NCBI GenBank assembly: GCA_050949565.1
Contig: JBMNFY010000008.1
Coordinates: forward strand, 32,001-96,000
Length of the DNA stretch: 64,000 nucleotides
DNA from: Kiritimatiellia bacterium
Lineage (GTDB): Bacteria; Verrucomicrobiota; Kiritimatiellia; RFP12; UBA1067
Reading direction: 5' to 3'
Numbering within the stretch: position 1 is the stretch's first letter; every line of letters begins with the position of its first letter. This document shows, piece after piece, positions 37,208-47,752 of the stretch. A model generated the notes under the pieces. It worked only from the letters and a program-made list of their open reading frames with translations. It was not told the origin of the DNA and made no database searches. The position numbers and the translations under genes are program-made.

Positions 37208-39022
37208 TGCCGGTGTTGACACGAACGAAACGATAGATCGGCGGAACGATGCGTGCTGCGGTTCGATTTGACTTTTGCGGAAGAAGGTTTGCCAGTCTGG
37301 CGAGGTTGGAGACTGCTCCTCGTAGTCTTGCAATGTAAGTCCGTCGGCTTCCCGGACAGTCAGCTTTGAGGTGCGCTGTACGGGAATATACTCGACCCAT
37401 TTGACGGGGATCTCATGCCAGTTGCCGTCCCCCCCCAACTTTGAGACATAGTCAACTCGGTGCTCTCCCCGGAAACCGTGCGCGGTAACGGCCACCTCCG
37501 TGTAACCGGCATCCGTGCGGACAGCTTGCGTTTTGAGCAGGTTTTCGGTGACGGATTCGTCATGCTCGAAGGCATGCTGTCCGTGGAAGTTGGCGATGGC
37601 CTCGTGTTCCCAGAATGAAGCGGTCTTACCCAGCACACTCGCATAGATGTCGGCGTGGGAACGATGTTGTTGGTAGAGGGGAATGGTTAGAACCGGAGCG
37701 AGAGCAAAATACAGGGCGCGAAAATAGGCATTGCTGTAGGTGTTGAAAAACTCGCGGGCGGCGGCAAGATCGTAATTATGAAAAAGCGAGGGGGCAGCCG
37801 TGATGTCGGTCGTCGCAAGGTGTGCGGGCCTGACAAGGTTAATCATGCGGTCTTTGATAAAGACAAAATTGTCGCCAAAGCCGACGGTCTTGTCGCGCAG
37901 GAGATTAAGCATCTGTTGCTGCGCCAGAGGGGTAAAGAGCAGGCGAAACTGAACTTCGTCGTTGCGGTCGGTGGCGTGGAAAAGCGCGGCGAATTGCCGG
38001 TTGGACATGATGGTGTACCCGTACTCGTCATCGAGATTGCGGGAGAACGCTTCGAGTTTGGCGACGGTACGCTTCATACGCCACCTGCTAAAAAAACCAT
38101 CGCCAGCATTTGAAAGGCTGGAGGGCGTGCGGCTGAAGGTAAGGTCAGGGGCGGCCTCGTTGCCGTAGATGAGGAATTTTTCGCGGGAGTATTCCGGCGC
38201 AGGCTTGTCGACGGATGCGTGAAGCGTCTCGGTGCGCGTAACCCAGCGCGTCCGGGTGCGGCCCTCGGAATCTGTGTAACTTTCGCGTTCCTGCCAAGAG
38301 ATCGTGATCGAGCCATGGTAGGTCTTGGTTCCCATACGGAAGTCGAGCGTCTCGGCAAGGACAAAGGGATTGCCGTTGATTTCCCCGCTCTGCGCGAAGA
38401 GCACGGATCTATCACGGTTAAAGCTGTCATCCCAGCCGAAGGAATGGTACAACTCGTCGAGTCGCGCGCGAGAGAAGTATGGGTCGAGCGCAAGGCGCGG
38501 GACAGTCTGCTGGACAAGCTTGGCGATCATGCCCCAGTCATAAAGCCGGTTGAGCGGGGCAAGTTGCGCTGACGCCTCGGCCACTTTCTCCTCGCGGTGC
38601 TCAGCAAGCGACCGGAGGCGTTCGTCCAACAAGCGGATAGCTGGATTCAGTTTGGCAGCGATGAACGCAATACCGGCCGCTGCAACCGCAGCGCAAATCG
38701 CCGCCCATAGGCCGTTGACACGTATCGGGAGTTCAATGTCCGGCGAGAGAAACGGCAAAATGAAAAGTACAAGACCGATGAACCCCACAATGACGATGAT
38801 GACAGACAACGCCCGCAGTACCTTCCAATTGGAACGGCTCGAATCCGCGGCGGCGAGTTGCGCGTCGAGCGCACGTATTTCCGTCATGGTTGCGGCGTTG
38901 GCATCCCCGTCCACACCGGAACGTTCGACCAACTTCTCAAAAAAGGCGGCCGTGTTTTCTGCGTGCTCCGCCTTGAAACGGTCGCGATAGAGGGCCAACG
39001 GTTCGTAGACATCTTCCGTCAA
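37205..39022 (-). CDS. LemA-associated membrane protein of unknown function
   Basis: 605-aa ORF with two TM helices, translationally coupled to lemA; SGEINGNPF, DEVQFRLLFTPLAQ. Confidence 0.75.
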   Translation of the reverse strand: MTEDVYEPLALYRDRFKAEHAENTAAFFEKLVERSGVDGDANAATMTEIRALDAQLAAADSSRSNWKVLRALSVIIVIVGFIGLVLFILPFLSPDIELPIRVNGLWAAICAAVAAAGIAFIAAKLNPAIRLLDERLRSLAEHREEKVAEASAQLAPLNRLYDWGMIAKLVQQTVPRLALDPYFSRARLDELYHSFGWDDSFNRDRSVLFAQSGEINGNPFVLAETLDFRMGTKTYHGSITISWQERESYTDSEGRTRTRWVTRTETLHASVDKPAPEYSREKFLIYGNEAAPDLTFSRTPSSLSNAGDGFFSRWRMKRTVAKLEAFSRNLDDEYGYTIMSNRQFAALFHATDRNDEVQFRLLFTPLAQQQMLNLLRDKTVGFGDNFVFIKDRMINLVRPAHLATTDITAAPSLFHNYDLAAAREFFNTYSNAYFRALYFALAPVLTIPLYQQHRSHADIYASVLGKTASFWEHEAIANFHGQHAFEHDESVTENLLKTQAVRTDAGYTEVAVTAHGFRGEHRVDYVSKLGGDGNWHEIPVKWVEYIPVQRTSKLTVREADGLTLQDYEEQSPTSPDWQTFFRKSQIEPQHASFRRSIVSFVSTPA

Positions 39023-39681
39023 AAGAACGTGCTCCGCGCCTGCGCCTTTGTTTCAGCCGAAGCCGTGAACGGGATACGCGTGGTGTACCCCGCGCGGGCG
39101 GCCACGATCATTTTGGTTGGCCAAGCGAAGATGTCCGTGTTCCAGATATTGACGGTGTCGTTGTACAGCGCGCGTGCAGCCGTAATCTCTTTCTGCAGGT
39201 AGCTGTTCTGGCGCATAGCATCGGCGATAGCGGCGTGAGCTTTAAGCTCGGGATAAGCTTCGACCTGCGGAAAGAGGCGACCGAAAGCGCGATCAAGATG
39301 TCCCGACACGACGTTGCGCTCGTTATCGGCGTGTGCACCCCCCCGGAAGGCAGCGACGGTTTTCATCACATCCTTATCGAGATCGATAGCTTTCTCGACC
39401 AGCGGTGCGACGTTCTGCAGGATCTGCACGCGCTGCTCAAGGAAGTTGTCGATCTGCGAGGCATCGGCTTGAATCTTCTGCTGAAGCTTTTGGAAATAAT
39501 TCCTCGCATTTATTTTCATGAAAAGAAAGATGAGGCCCGGCAAGATGCCGAGCGCCCACAGCATAATCTCGAAAAGCGTCGAACCAAAGCCCACCTTCAC
39601 GGGAATTTGCTTTTCGATGACATTGATATCCCGCCCCTGCTGATTGACAGGCGCATTCATTTCATCCAATTCATTAGCCAT
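39019..39681 (-). CDS. lemA: LemA family protein
   Basis: IDNFLEQR, EAYPELKA, EITAARALYNDTVNIWN..WPTKMIVA. Confidence 0.85.
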   Translation of the reverse strand: MANELDEMNAPVNQQGRDINVIEKQIPVKVGFGSTLFEIMLWALGILPGLIFLFMKINARNYFQKLQQKIQADASQIDNFLEQRVQILQNVAPLVEKAIDLDKDVMKTVAAFRGGAHADNERNVVSGHLDRAFGRLFPQVEAYPELKAHAAIADAMRQNSYLQKEITAARALYNDTVNIWNTDIFAWPTKMIVAARAGYTTRIPFTASAETKAQARSTFF

Positions 39682-40064
39682 TCTGTAACCCCCCAATCAA
39701 ATAGGAACGAGTACCCTGTTACACGACTCCCGAACGATAGCACACGCCCTGCCCCATTTCAAGCCACCGCGCAGATCATTTGCAGAGTAGCTCTTTTACT
39801 CTCAGGATCGCGAACCACTGTGTGGTCGCAATAAGAGAAGTTGACCCGAGACCTTCGACCCGCGACTTGCGGCTGAGCCCTCCCCCCCAAAAAAAATCTG
39901 CGTAATCTTGCAATCTGTGGATCAATAAACCAACTCCTAACTCCTAAATCCTAAATCCTCCTTTTCTCCCAAGGCTTGCGTGCATGCTGGAAAACCGCTA
40001 CACTGCCTCCAGTTTTCAAGGTTGTTTAGGGGCGTGGACCGGATTAAATTCAGGTGGTAACACG

Positions 40065-43000
40065 ATGGCGATTGGTTTTAAAGAGATTTCTGTTCAGAAA
40101 CGGAAAGCGGATTGCCTTTGGGCAGTAGGGCTGAGCTTGCTTGCTCTGTTGGTTTATGCACTGACGATATCCACCGGGGTTTATCCCGGAGAGTCGGCAC
40201 GGTTGGTGGCGACCTACAGCGGACTCACACCGATTGAACTGCCCCTCCACCCGATTTGGGGGGCGATCGTCTCGTGGCTCAGTTCGGTCCCTCTGTTCAC
40301 GCTCCCGCTTCGACTGAACCTGTTCAGCATGCTGTGCACGGTCATTTCGGTGGGGATCCTCTATCGTCTCATGGCGTTTCTGGTCCATGAACTCATCTAC
40401 GAAGAGTACTCCGTCGAGTATTCGGCACGCGTGTCGCAGTGGGCGGGCGCGGTTGCCGCGATTGCCTTCATGTTCGCCGCCCCGGTCTGGCAGTCGGCAA
40501 CGCGCCTTCAGTATCAGAGCTTCGATATGCTGCTGGTCTTGACGTCCGCCTCGCTGCTGATCTCCTTCGCGCGCACCAAATGGCGCGTATTCCTTGTCGC
40601 CTTCGCGTTGTTACAGGGCATCGGGATTGTCGAATCAGTGATATTCATCCCCTTGGCACCGGTGTTTCTGGTGTTTCTGATCGCCGTGTTGTGGAAACAG
40701 GGACAACTCACGCTGAACCGTGTTGCGTGGATGGGGTTGATCGCAGCGGCGGGACTGGGACTTTATTATCTGGTTGCACGCAGGTTTCTGGCTTCGCCGG
40801 GTGCTGAAGCGCTAGGCTTCACAACGCCCACTGACGTGATGGTCGAAGTCTGGAAAGCCCAGCTCATCGAATTGCGCTCCGGCCTGCCGCGCGTTAATTG
40901 GCTGATTCTGCTCCTGACCAGTGTTGTGCCGTGGCTCGCGGCCGCTTTTGCCTCCTTCCGGGCATTGAATAATGAGCGCTCATGGAGCCAATACATCCTG
41001 CACTTGACCCTGACCATACTGGTGGTGCTTGGTCTCGGTAATGCGGCGATCTCTCCCTGGGAAATCCTCAAGCCGTTGGGACGCCTGCCGGTGTGGGCCT
41101 ACACCCTGTTGGCGATGACGGCGGGTTATTCGGTGGCCTACTGGTACCTTCTTCTCAAGGTCGAGCGTCCCAGACGCGGACAGGCCACCTCGGTCGTGAC
41201 CAAACGGACCGGCGACTGGCTCGGACTGATCGTCACCTACCCCTTGGTCGGGATTGTAATCATCGCCTCGCTCATTAACGTCATGGAGTGCCGCGGTTCA
41301 CGCGGGGCCTTTGCCGACCGCTGCGCCCGCGAGGTTCTCGACCGCCTCGGTTCACGCACATGGTTCGTGACCGACGGAACGCTGGACCCTCATCTGCTGG
41401 TCGCAGCCCACGAACGCGGGCAGGAGTTGAATCTACTTTGCTTGCAGAACGACATGAGCCCCTTCTACCTCAAATGGATGGCCCGGCAAATCGAAAGTAA
41501 AAACCTGTTTGCCGACGAGGATCTCCAGCGCATGAAAAACACGCTGGCACTGGGTATCCTGCCCTTTATCCAAGACTGGTTCGCCATGGACAAAGAAATC
41601 GAAAAAAAGGTGGCAGTCTTCGGAGTCCCCGATTTCTGGTACACGGCCGGTTTGACCCCGGTCCCTGAGTACTTTTTCTTTACCGGTGTCCGTGACATTC
41701 AGGTGTATAAAGACGTGCCGCTGTTCAAAGACTACATGGCTTTCTGGAAGGAGATGGACCCCATACTCGCTGCCAGCAAAAAGGACAGCACAGACCCGAC
41801 GGTACGCCACCGCCTGCACCTGCGCCGCCACATGGGGTTCGTCGCCAACAATCTGGGAGTGCTGCTGGAAGACCTTGGCAAAGAGGAAGACGCCTTTGCT
41901 GTCTACACGCACGTGCACAATGTGATCGACCCCGAAAACATCTCGGCGCTGTTCAACCGCTTCGAGATGGCACGCCGCGGCGCAGCCGCAGCCAGTGCCA
42001 GCAAAGAGCTGATCGAGCGCGAGCTTAAAGACTTCATCGCCGGTCTGAAGCACCAGTACCCGCTTTGGTCGCTCTCGCGTTATTACGGCTACGTCCGCTC
42101 ACCAGAGCTGTTCGCGCGCCTCGGATGGGGCTGGGCGCTCTCCGGCCAAACCGGCGCGGCGCTGGCCGGCGTGACGCGTGCGGTCGAGTTGCTGCCGACC
42201 GAACAGCGCAGTTCGGCCATGCAAACGATGGCCGCCATCTATTCGCTTTCCGACGATAAATCCAAGACGACCGCGATCTACCAAGACATGATCAAGAATG
42301 ATCCCAACAATCGCGCGGCCATGCTGGGGCTGGCCCGTATCGCCGTTCAGGAAGGCGCTCTGGATAAAGCGAAGAGTTGGCTGGAACAGGCCGCCAAGTC
42401 CGATGACACACGCGGCACGCTGGGTGTCGAATGGGCCGTGATCCACTTGATGAACAACGATCTCAACAACGCACGTCTTGCCCTGCAGGAAGCGACCGAC
42501 CTCCAGCCTAAAAACTTACAGGCCTGGGCGATGCTGGCCATGGTCCAACTGCAGCAGGACCAGGTTGACGAAATCGAATCCGTCGTCCTGCCTAAGATGG
42601 AAAAAATCGCCGGCACCTCCGACAACTACTTCATCCAGATCACGCGGGCACAGACCGCGCTCAAAAAAATCGAGAAACTCCAGCAGACCGCCCTCGCTGC
42701 ATCTCAACCCGCTGGGTCCGTGGGTGAGAAAGAAGATAGCGAATTCAAAAAGTACCAGCGGGCCGCCCGCGACGCATTCCTGCGGGCCTCCATGTTGCGT
42801 CCCGACATCGTTGGCGTCAAAGACATGATCCTGCAACTTGACATGGCCATGAACGACCAAAAGAGCGCCGAGTTGCATGCACGACAGGTGTTGCGGACGA
42901 ACCGCGGACATTCGCTCGCCAACTACGTGATGGGCTCGCTGCGCCTGCAAGAGGGCGCGTACGGCGAAGCGGAGGACTTCCTGCGCCGCAGCGTCGAAAG

Positions 43001-43385
43001 CCAACCGAGCGCGGCCGCGCTCAACGACTTGGCCGAGGTGTTGCGCCGTATCCGAAAGTTCGACGAGGCAGAAAAACATGTGCGTGCAGCCCTTGCCTCC
43101 AACCCGGACCTGTACGTGGCATGGGAAACGTTGGCTGTAATCCTGCTGGAATCCGGTAAAAACCTCGATGAGGCGGAGCGGGCAGTCCGCAAATCGCTTG
43201 AATTGTACCAAAAGGACCTGCGAGTCCAGATCACGCTCGCCCGGATCCTCCTGCAGAAGGGCGAAACCGAGCGTGCCCGCGAAATACTCCATAAGGTGAA
43301 GAGCCGCCAAGGCGAGTTGTCCCCGTTCGATCAGGCCGAACTCAACAAGCTTTCGGAAGCCGCCTCATCCGGCCGCAAGCGCTAA
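40065..43385 (+). CDS. Multi-pass membrane protein (DUF2723/GT-C-like N-terminus) with C-terminal TPRs
   Basis: YALTISTGVYPGES..HPIW..RLNLFSM; many TM segments; TPR-like helices such as ALNDLAEVL. Confidence 0.75.
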   Translation: MAIGFKEISVQKRKADCLWAVGLSLLALLVYALTISTGVYPGESARLVATYSGLTPIELPLHPIWGAIVSWLSSVPLFTLPLRLNLFSMLCTVISVGILYRLMAFLVHELIYEEYSVEYSARVSQWAGAVAAIAFMFAAPVWQSATRLQYQSFDMLLVLTSASLLISFARTKWRVFLVAFALLQGIGIVESVIFIPLAPVFLVFLIAVLWKQGQLTLNRVAWMGLIAAAGLGLYYLVARRFLASPGAEALGFTTPTDVMVEVWKAQLIELRSGLPRVNWLILLLTSVVPWLAAAFASFRALNNERSWSQYILHLTLTILVVLGLGNAAISPWEILKPLGRLPVWAYTLLAMTAGYSVAYWYLLLKVERPRRGQATSVVTKRTGDWLGLIVTYPLVGIVIIASLINVMECRGSRGAFADRCAREVLDRLGSRTWFVTDGTLDPHLLVAAHERGQELNLLCLQNDMSPFYLKWMARQIESKNLFADEDLQRMKNTLALGILPFIQDWFAMDKEIEKKVAVFGVPDFWYTAGLTPVPEYFFFTGVRDIQVYKDVPLFKDYMAFWKEMDPILAASKKDSTDPTVRHRLHLRRHMGFVANNLGVLLEDLGKEEDAFAVYTHVHNVIDPENISALFNRFEMARRGAAAASASKELIERELKDFIAGLKHQYPLWSLSRYYGYVRSPELFARLGWGWALSGQTGAALAGVTRAVELLPTEQRSSAMQTMAAIYSLSDDKSKTTAIYQDMIKNDPNNRAAMLGLARIAVQEGALDKAKSWLEQAAKSDDTRGTLGVEWAVIHLMNNDLNNARLALQEATDLQPKNLQAWAMLAMVQLQQDQVDEIESVVLPKMEKIAGTSDNYFIQITRAQTALKKIEKLQQTALAASQPAGSVGEKEDSEFKKYQRAARDAFLRASMLRPDIVGVKDMILQLDMAMNDQKSAELHARQVLRTNRGHSLANYVMGSLRLQEGAYGEAEDFLRRSVESQPSAAALNDLAEVLRRIRKFDEAEKHVRAALASNPDLYVAWETLAVILLESGKNLDEAERAVRKSLELYQKDLRVQITLARILLQKGETERAREILHKVKSRQGELSPFDQAELNKLSEAASSGRKR

Positions 43386-43400
43386 CACACCGCACGGAGC

Positions 43401-43429
43401 TTGACTTATGACCGTCTGAGTCCCATAAT
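43401..43429 (+). promoter_or_regulatory. Sigma70-like promoter
   Basis: TTGACT-17 bp-CATAAT upstream of 43476. Confidence 0.55.
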
Positions 43430-43475
43430 CTTACTTGATTTGATAATGGGCCAGTTAAATGATTAGGAGTCATCT

Positions 43476-45014
43476 ATGAAACCGATCGTAACAGGTTGTA
43501 CCCCACTGATGCTTGCTCTCATCCTCGCCGTGACCACGGCGCTGAGTGTGTGCGGCGCACACATTTTTGACGGTGACGGTTCCGACGAAGCCGGGTTTGT
43601 CCCGCCGCCGCCCCGTCAGGAAATCCCGCCGCCACCCGCGAACATGGCGGGCGGCGAGACCTTCATCCCCTATCCGCCGCCGCCGGCCACCCCGGCGTCC
43701 CGTTCGGAAAAGAAAAATCCGCCCAGACCTCCGACGATGTTCACCAAGCTGACTTCGCAGTACGGAGAACAGGACTGGAACGCGCGCCCGAACGATCTGA
43801 ACAATCTGCTGAAGGCACTCAAAGACATGGCTGAAGTCGACTATGATTTCGAAGCCAAGTCGTTTGCGGAGATCGATGCGGACCCCGACCGGAACCCGAT
43901 CCTCTACCGCTCGGGCCACTATCACTGGAGCCTTGACGACGCGGAGAAGAAAAAGCTGCGCGAGTATCTGTTGCGCGGTGGAACGATCATTCTGAACGCC
44001 GGCATGGGTTCAAAGCCCTTCTATGACTCGGCGATCAAGAATCTCAATGAGGTTTTCCCGGAAGCGCCGGTAAGGCGTCTCAGCCCCGACCATCCGATCT
44101 TCCACGCCTACTACAGCCTCGATAAGGTCAACTATCGGCCAGGCGTTCGCGCGTTGTACAACGGCAACGAGCCTTGGCTTGATGGCGTCACGATCGACTG
44201 CCGCACCGTGGCGATCGTCTCGCGCTTCGGCATGGAGGTCGGTTGGGATCCGCTGGACGACGACAATATCATCGCCTATGGACCGGAATCCGCCCAACAG
44301 CTCGGCATGAACATCCTGAGCTATGCCAGTGCCATGCGCAACTGGACGTTGGAGAACATGAAGAAGACCCGCTTCGAGGACGCGAAGCAAGTCTCGACCG
44401 CAGGTTCAATGAACATCGCGCAGGTTATCTACGATGGCGAGTGGAAAACACGGCATGTGGGCCTCTCCGTATTGCTCTCGCAGTACAATGTCAAAACCGG
44501 CGTCCCGGTGAAGTTCTCGACCAAGGAGATCCGTCTGACAGATCCCAAGCTGTTCGATTCCCCCGTGCTTTACATGACGGGCCACGAATCGTTCACTTTG
44601 AAACCCGACGAGATCACCGCGCTGCGCAACTATCTGACGCACGGCGGTCTGTTGATCGCCGAGGCCTGTTGCGGACGCAAGGCGTTTGACGTCTCCTTCC
44701 GTGAGAATATGGCGCGCGTACTGCCCGGCACCTCATTCAATGCCCTGCGCGCCGGCCACCCGCTTTTCCGTCTGCCGAACGACATCTCGAGCATGAAAGT
44801 GACGCCGGCCCTCGCCAAGTCCTACAACAACGCTCCGGCGATCGCGCCGCAGGTGCTGTCTTTGGAAGTCGATGGTAACCCCGCCGTGATCTATAGTCCG
44901 ATCGGCATGGCGGGTGCGTGGGAACTCTCGCCCAACAAATATTGCAACAGCTACCTCGAAGATGACGCGCTCAAGCTGGGCGTGAACATCCTGATGTATT
45001 CGAGCACGCGTTAA
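43476..45014 (+). CDS. Exported protein with two DUF4159 domains
   Basis: Twice PILYxxGH..LRxYLxxGG..HPIF..LGxNIL. Confidence 0.8.
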   Translation: MKPIVTGCTPLMLALILAVTTALSVCGAHIFDGDGSDEAGFVPPPPRQEIPPPPANMAGGETFIPYPPPPATPASRSEKKNPPRPPTMFTKLTSQYGEQDWNARPNDLNNLLKALKDMAEVDYDFEAKSFAEIDADPDRNPILYRSGHYHWSLDDAEKKKLREYLLRGGTIILNAGMGSKPFYDSAIKNLNEVFPEAPVRRLSPDHPIFHAYYSLDKVNYRPGVRALYNGNEPWLDGVTIDCRTVAIVSRFGMEVGWDPLDDDNIIAYGPESAQQLGMNILSYASAMRNWTLENMKKTRFEDAKQVSTAGSMNIAQVIYDGEWKTRHVGLSVLLSQYNVKTGVPVKFSTKEIRLTDPKLFDSPVLYMTGHESFTLKPDEITALRNYLTHGGLLIAEACCGRKAFDVSFRENMARVLPGTSFNALRAGHPLFRLPNDISSMKVTPALAKSYNNAPAIAPQVLSLEVDGNPAVIYSPIGMAGAWELSPNKYCNSYLEDDALKLGVNILMYSSTR

Positions 45015-45994
45015 TGCCGTCCATGCCTGCGCCCCACATGTTTTCTAAATACCGAGGGTCTTGCAAAACCCCTTGCCTACAGGTGTGGCACGGGCATCTT
45101 GCCCGTGTTTCATGGGCGGGACGCCCATGCCACGAGGGGGTTTGCAAGCGCCTCCACCGTCGTCGGGCCGCGCCTTTTTTCGGGGCCGCTGTCGTCATGA
45201 TGCTCTGCGTGTGTGCCCGCGCACAAGTGGCCACGCCGCAGGAAGAGGCCTTTCTCAAGGCGTGGGGCGCACATGTCCGTACGCCGAACGACCACAAGGC
45301 CGTGATCGAGGTCTGCCAGAGCGTAATGGACAAAAGTTCCACGCTGGGCGAGTTCCTCCCTGTCGTCAAAACGCTGGCGGCTTGGCACCTGCTGGCCGGC
45401 GGCAAACAGGCGGACGCCATCCGCATCTTCGAGAGCGCGGTGATCAATGATAAAGCAGCCCGCCCGATCCCGCGTTTTGCGGACACCATGGCCCGCCGCT
45501 GGCTGACGCGTCTTGATCATGCCCAGCTCGAAAAGGCGCTCAGTGTCTATTATGCCGACAACGTCGAGTTCCCGTCCAATCTCGCTCCGCTTATGAATCT
45601 GCCGCCCGGCAAGGCCCCCCCCAAGAATGATCGCTTCGGTGACCCTTGGGTCTACAAGACCGAGGCCTTCAGCCGTCTCTCTGGAACGGCCAACCAACGC
45701 TATTCGCTCTACAGCAAAAACATGGGCAACAAGCTCTCCTCGCTCAAGGCGTTGCCGGCCGAGGTTTACGGCAGCAATAAAAGCGCCACGATCATCGGCC
45801 GCAGGTCGTCCACTCCGCTCAGCATCGAATTTGAAACGGTGACCGAATCCGGCACGCAACGCGGCGTGGCCACGGAGGGTGGTCTGGTCAGCGGCATCCG
45901 TTTTTTGAAACTGGGATCTGACGGACGTTTCGCGTTGATGATCGATAGCGATTGTGATTTCTGGGTGATCGCCACGCCCGCAAGGAGCCGTTGA
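45014..45994 (+). CDS. Secreted hypothetical protein (MITE inserted in frame near the N-terminus)
   Basis: Coupled to flanking genes; signal peptide ..FFGAAVVMMLCVCARA. Confidence 0.7.
   Translation: MPSMPAPHMFSKYRGSCKTPCLQVWHGHLARVSWAGRPCHEGVCKRLHRRRAAPFFGAAVVMMLCVCARAQVATPQEEAFLKAWGAHVRTPNDHKAVIEVCQSVMDKSSTLGEFLPVVKTLAAWHLLAGGKQADAIRIFESAVINDKAARPIPRFADTMARRWLTRLDHAQLEKALSVYYADNVEFPSNLAPLMNLPPGKAPPKNDRFGDPWVYKTEAFSRLSGTANQRYSLYSKNMGNKLSSLKALPAEVYGSNKSATIIGRRSSTPLSIEFETVTESGTQRGVATEGGLVSGIRFLKLGSDGRFALMIDSDCDFWVIATPARSR
45054..45154. mobile_element. 101-bp REP-containing MITE
   Basis: GAGGGTCTTGCAAAACCCC .. GGGGGTTTGCAAGCGCCTC; flanks TACC / CACC. Confidence 0.8.
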
Positions 45995-46899
45995 TGAGCA
46001 AAGAAGGAATCTCCGCCTACCTGACGCCCGCCCAGATGTCAAAGCTCAACCGTCTCGCGCTCAATTCGCGCTATGTCGTGGAAGGCACCTTGGCTGGGCG
46101 TCATCGCAGTGCACAAAGAGGCGCCAGCACCGAATTCGCCGACCATCGCGCTTACATGCCCGGCGACGACCTCAAACGTATCGACTGGAAGGTCCTGGGC
46201 CGTACCGACAAATACTACATCCGGCGCTATCAGGACGAGACCAACCTGCGCGTCTACCTGCTGATCGACCGCAGCGGATCGATGAACTACACTTCCGGCG
46301 AGCACCCCACTAAATACAGTTACGCCTGCACCCTTGCCGCCGCCTTGGGCTACGTCGTCCTCAAAGCACGCGACGCCGTCGGGATGTATATCTACGGCGA
46401 GAAAATGGACGCGGCACTGCCCTGCAAAAACTCCTTCAATGAACTGAACAACTCATTGAAGGTCCTGCAAAGCTACAAACCCGCCAAAGGCACGGCAGGC
46501 GCAGATGTCATGCACCAGATCGCGGAGTCCATCAACCGCCGCGCCATGATCATCATCATCTCCGACCTGCTCGACGACCAGCCTGAAATCATCAAGGCAA
46601 TTGCGCACTTCCGCAAGAACCTGCACGACGTGATCGTCTGCCACATCCTCGATCCGGTCGAGCTGAGCCTCGACATCAAACGCGGCGCCGAGTTCGAAGA
46701 TTTGGAAACCGGGGAACGCATGGTCGCCGATCCCCGCTCGATGGCCAAGGAGTACAAAGACCTGATGGGCCAGTTTATCGACGACTACCGCAAGGCCTGT
46801 TCCGAAATGAAGGTCGACTACCGCCTCGTCAAAACCGACGAGCCCGTCGACAGCTTTGTCCGCGCCTATTTAGAAGAGCGCAAGCGCCTCTCCCGTTGA
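45994..46899 (+). CDS. DUF58 (vWA-like) protein
   Basis: GRHRS..GASTEFADHRAYMPGDDLKRIDWK, LIDRSGSM, IISDL. Confidence 0.9.
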   Translation: MSKEGISAYLTPAQMSKLNRLALNSRYVVEGTLAGRHRSAQRGASTEFADHRAYMPGDDLKRIDWKVLGRTDKYYIRRYQDETNLRVYLLIDRSGSMNYTSGEHPTKYSYACTLAAALGYVVLKARDAVGMYIYGEKMDAALPCKNSFNELNNSLKVLQSYKPAKGTAGADVMHQIAESINRRAMIIIISDLLDDQPEIIKAIAHFRKNLHDVIVCHILDPVELSLDIKRGAEFEDLETGERMVADPRSMAKEYKDLMGQFIDDYRKACSEMKVDYRLVKTDEPVDSFVRAYLEERKRLSR

Positions 46900-46920
46900 T
46901 GGCACCACTTGAGTGTTGAA

Positions 46921-47203
46921 CCTAAAAAGAGCAGTTGAACCGTCAACTCTCTTTGGTTTCTGGTTTCAAGGCTTCATGGTTTCATCCAAATCGGGATCGG
47001 GATCGCTATCGGGATCGATTGTTTAACCACGGAACACACCGAACACACGGAAAGGCATGGCTCTGTTTCCGTGTGTTTAGTGTGTTCCGTGGTTCCAATC
47101 AGAAATTGCGTTCTGCACCAAACAGGTGCGGCGAGGATCGCGATGAAAGCCAATGTTTACGCGGCTTTGCTCAAAATCCGTACGCCCAACTGCCGTTTTT
47201 AGG
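46921..47203. mobile_element. ~280-bp composite MITE (CCTAAAAA ends)
   Basis: CCTAAAAAGAGCAGTTG .. CAACTGCCGTTTTTAGG; internal GGGATC hexamer run and CACGGAACA-type palindrome; inverted copy at 61415-61687. Confidence 0.8.
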
Positions 47204-47272
47204 TTGAACGTTGAGCGTTCGATGGTTCGATCCCGATAGCGCATAACGCAACACCACGCATGCACTAATGAC

Positions 47273-47752
47273 CTAGCGTCCTACTCCTCTCTGCGTCCGC
47301 GTTTTTTCTGCCGTCAATTCGTGATCTCCTCTACTCGCTGGTTTTTTTCTAGGCAGCCATATGGCTGTTCCCCCTTCTATGTTGAACCATCGTTTGGGAG
47401 CGACTTCACGATATTCGGCCCGAATCGACCCGTTTTCGTGTGAAGCCGTTTCCCTGTTCATGCACTCTTCCCCATTCTCGTGACAATCATGTCTGACGGG
47501 TTCGTATGTTTTGACAAACGCCACCGAGAGCGATGATGGACGACAGAGAACAACCATAATACAACCTAGTATGGCAAGCGTTAGTGTGCCGAACCCCTTA
47601 TCCACACTGATTTCTTTCTTGAAAACTGTGACGATTATCGAATATCGAGCCCGATCATTGTAGCATCCCATAAATGCGACGGCCGCCGACAAAAAACACA
47701 CAATCGCCAATATTCCCAGAACATTTCGTATCATAAGTCCTCCAGTTGTCAA
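47273..47752 (-). CDS. Low-GC hypothetical membrane protein
   Basis: 159-aa ORF with two hydrophobic segments. Confidence 0.45.
   Translation of the reverse strand: MTTGGLMIRNVLGILAIVCFLSAAVAFMGCYNDRARYSIIVTVFKKEISVDKGFGTLTLAILGCIMVVLCRPSSLSVAFVKTYEPVRHDCHENGEECMNRETASHENGSIRAEYREVAPKRWFNIEGGTAIWLPRKKPASRGDHELTAEKTRTQRGVGR

Noticed and set aside
46916-47208. TTGAA target-site duplication around the MITE
   Set aside because: The right flank is shared with the other copy, which has no TSD, so the match may be chance
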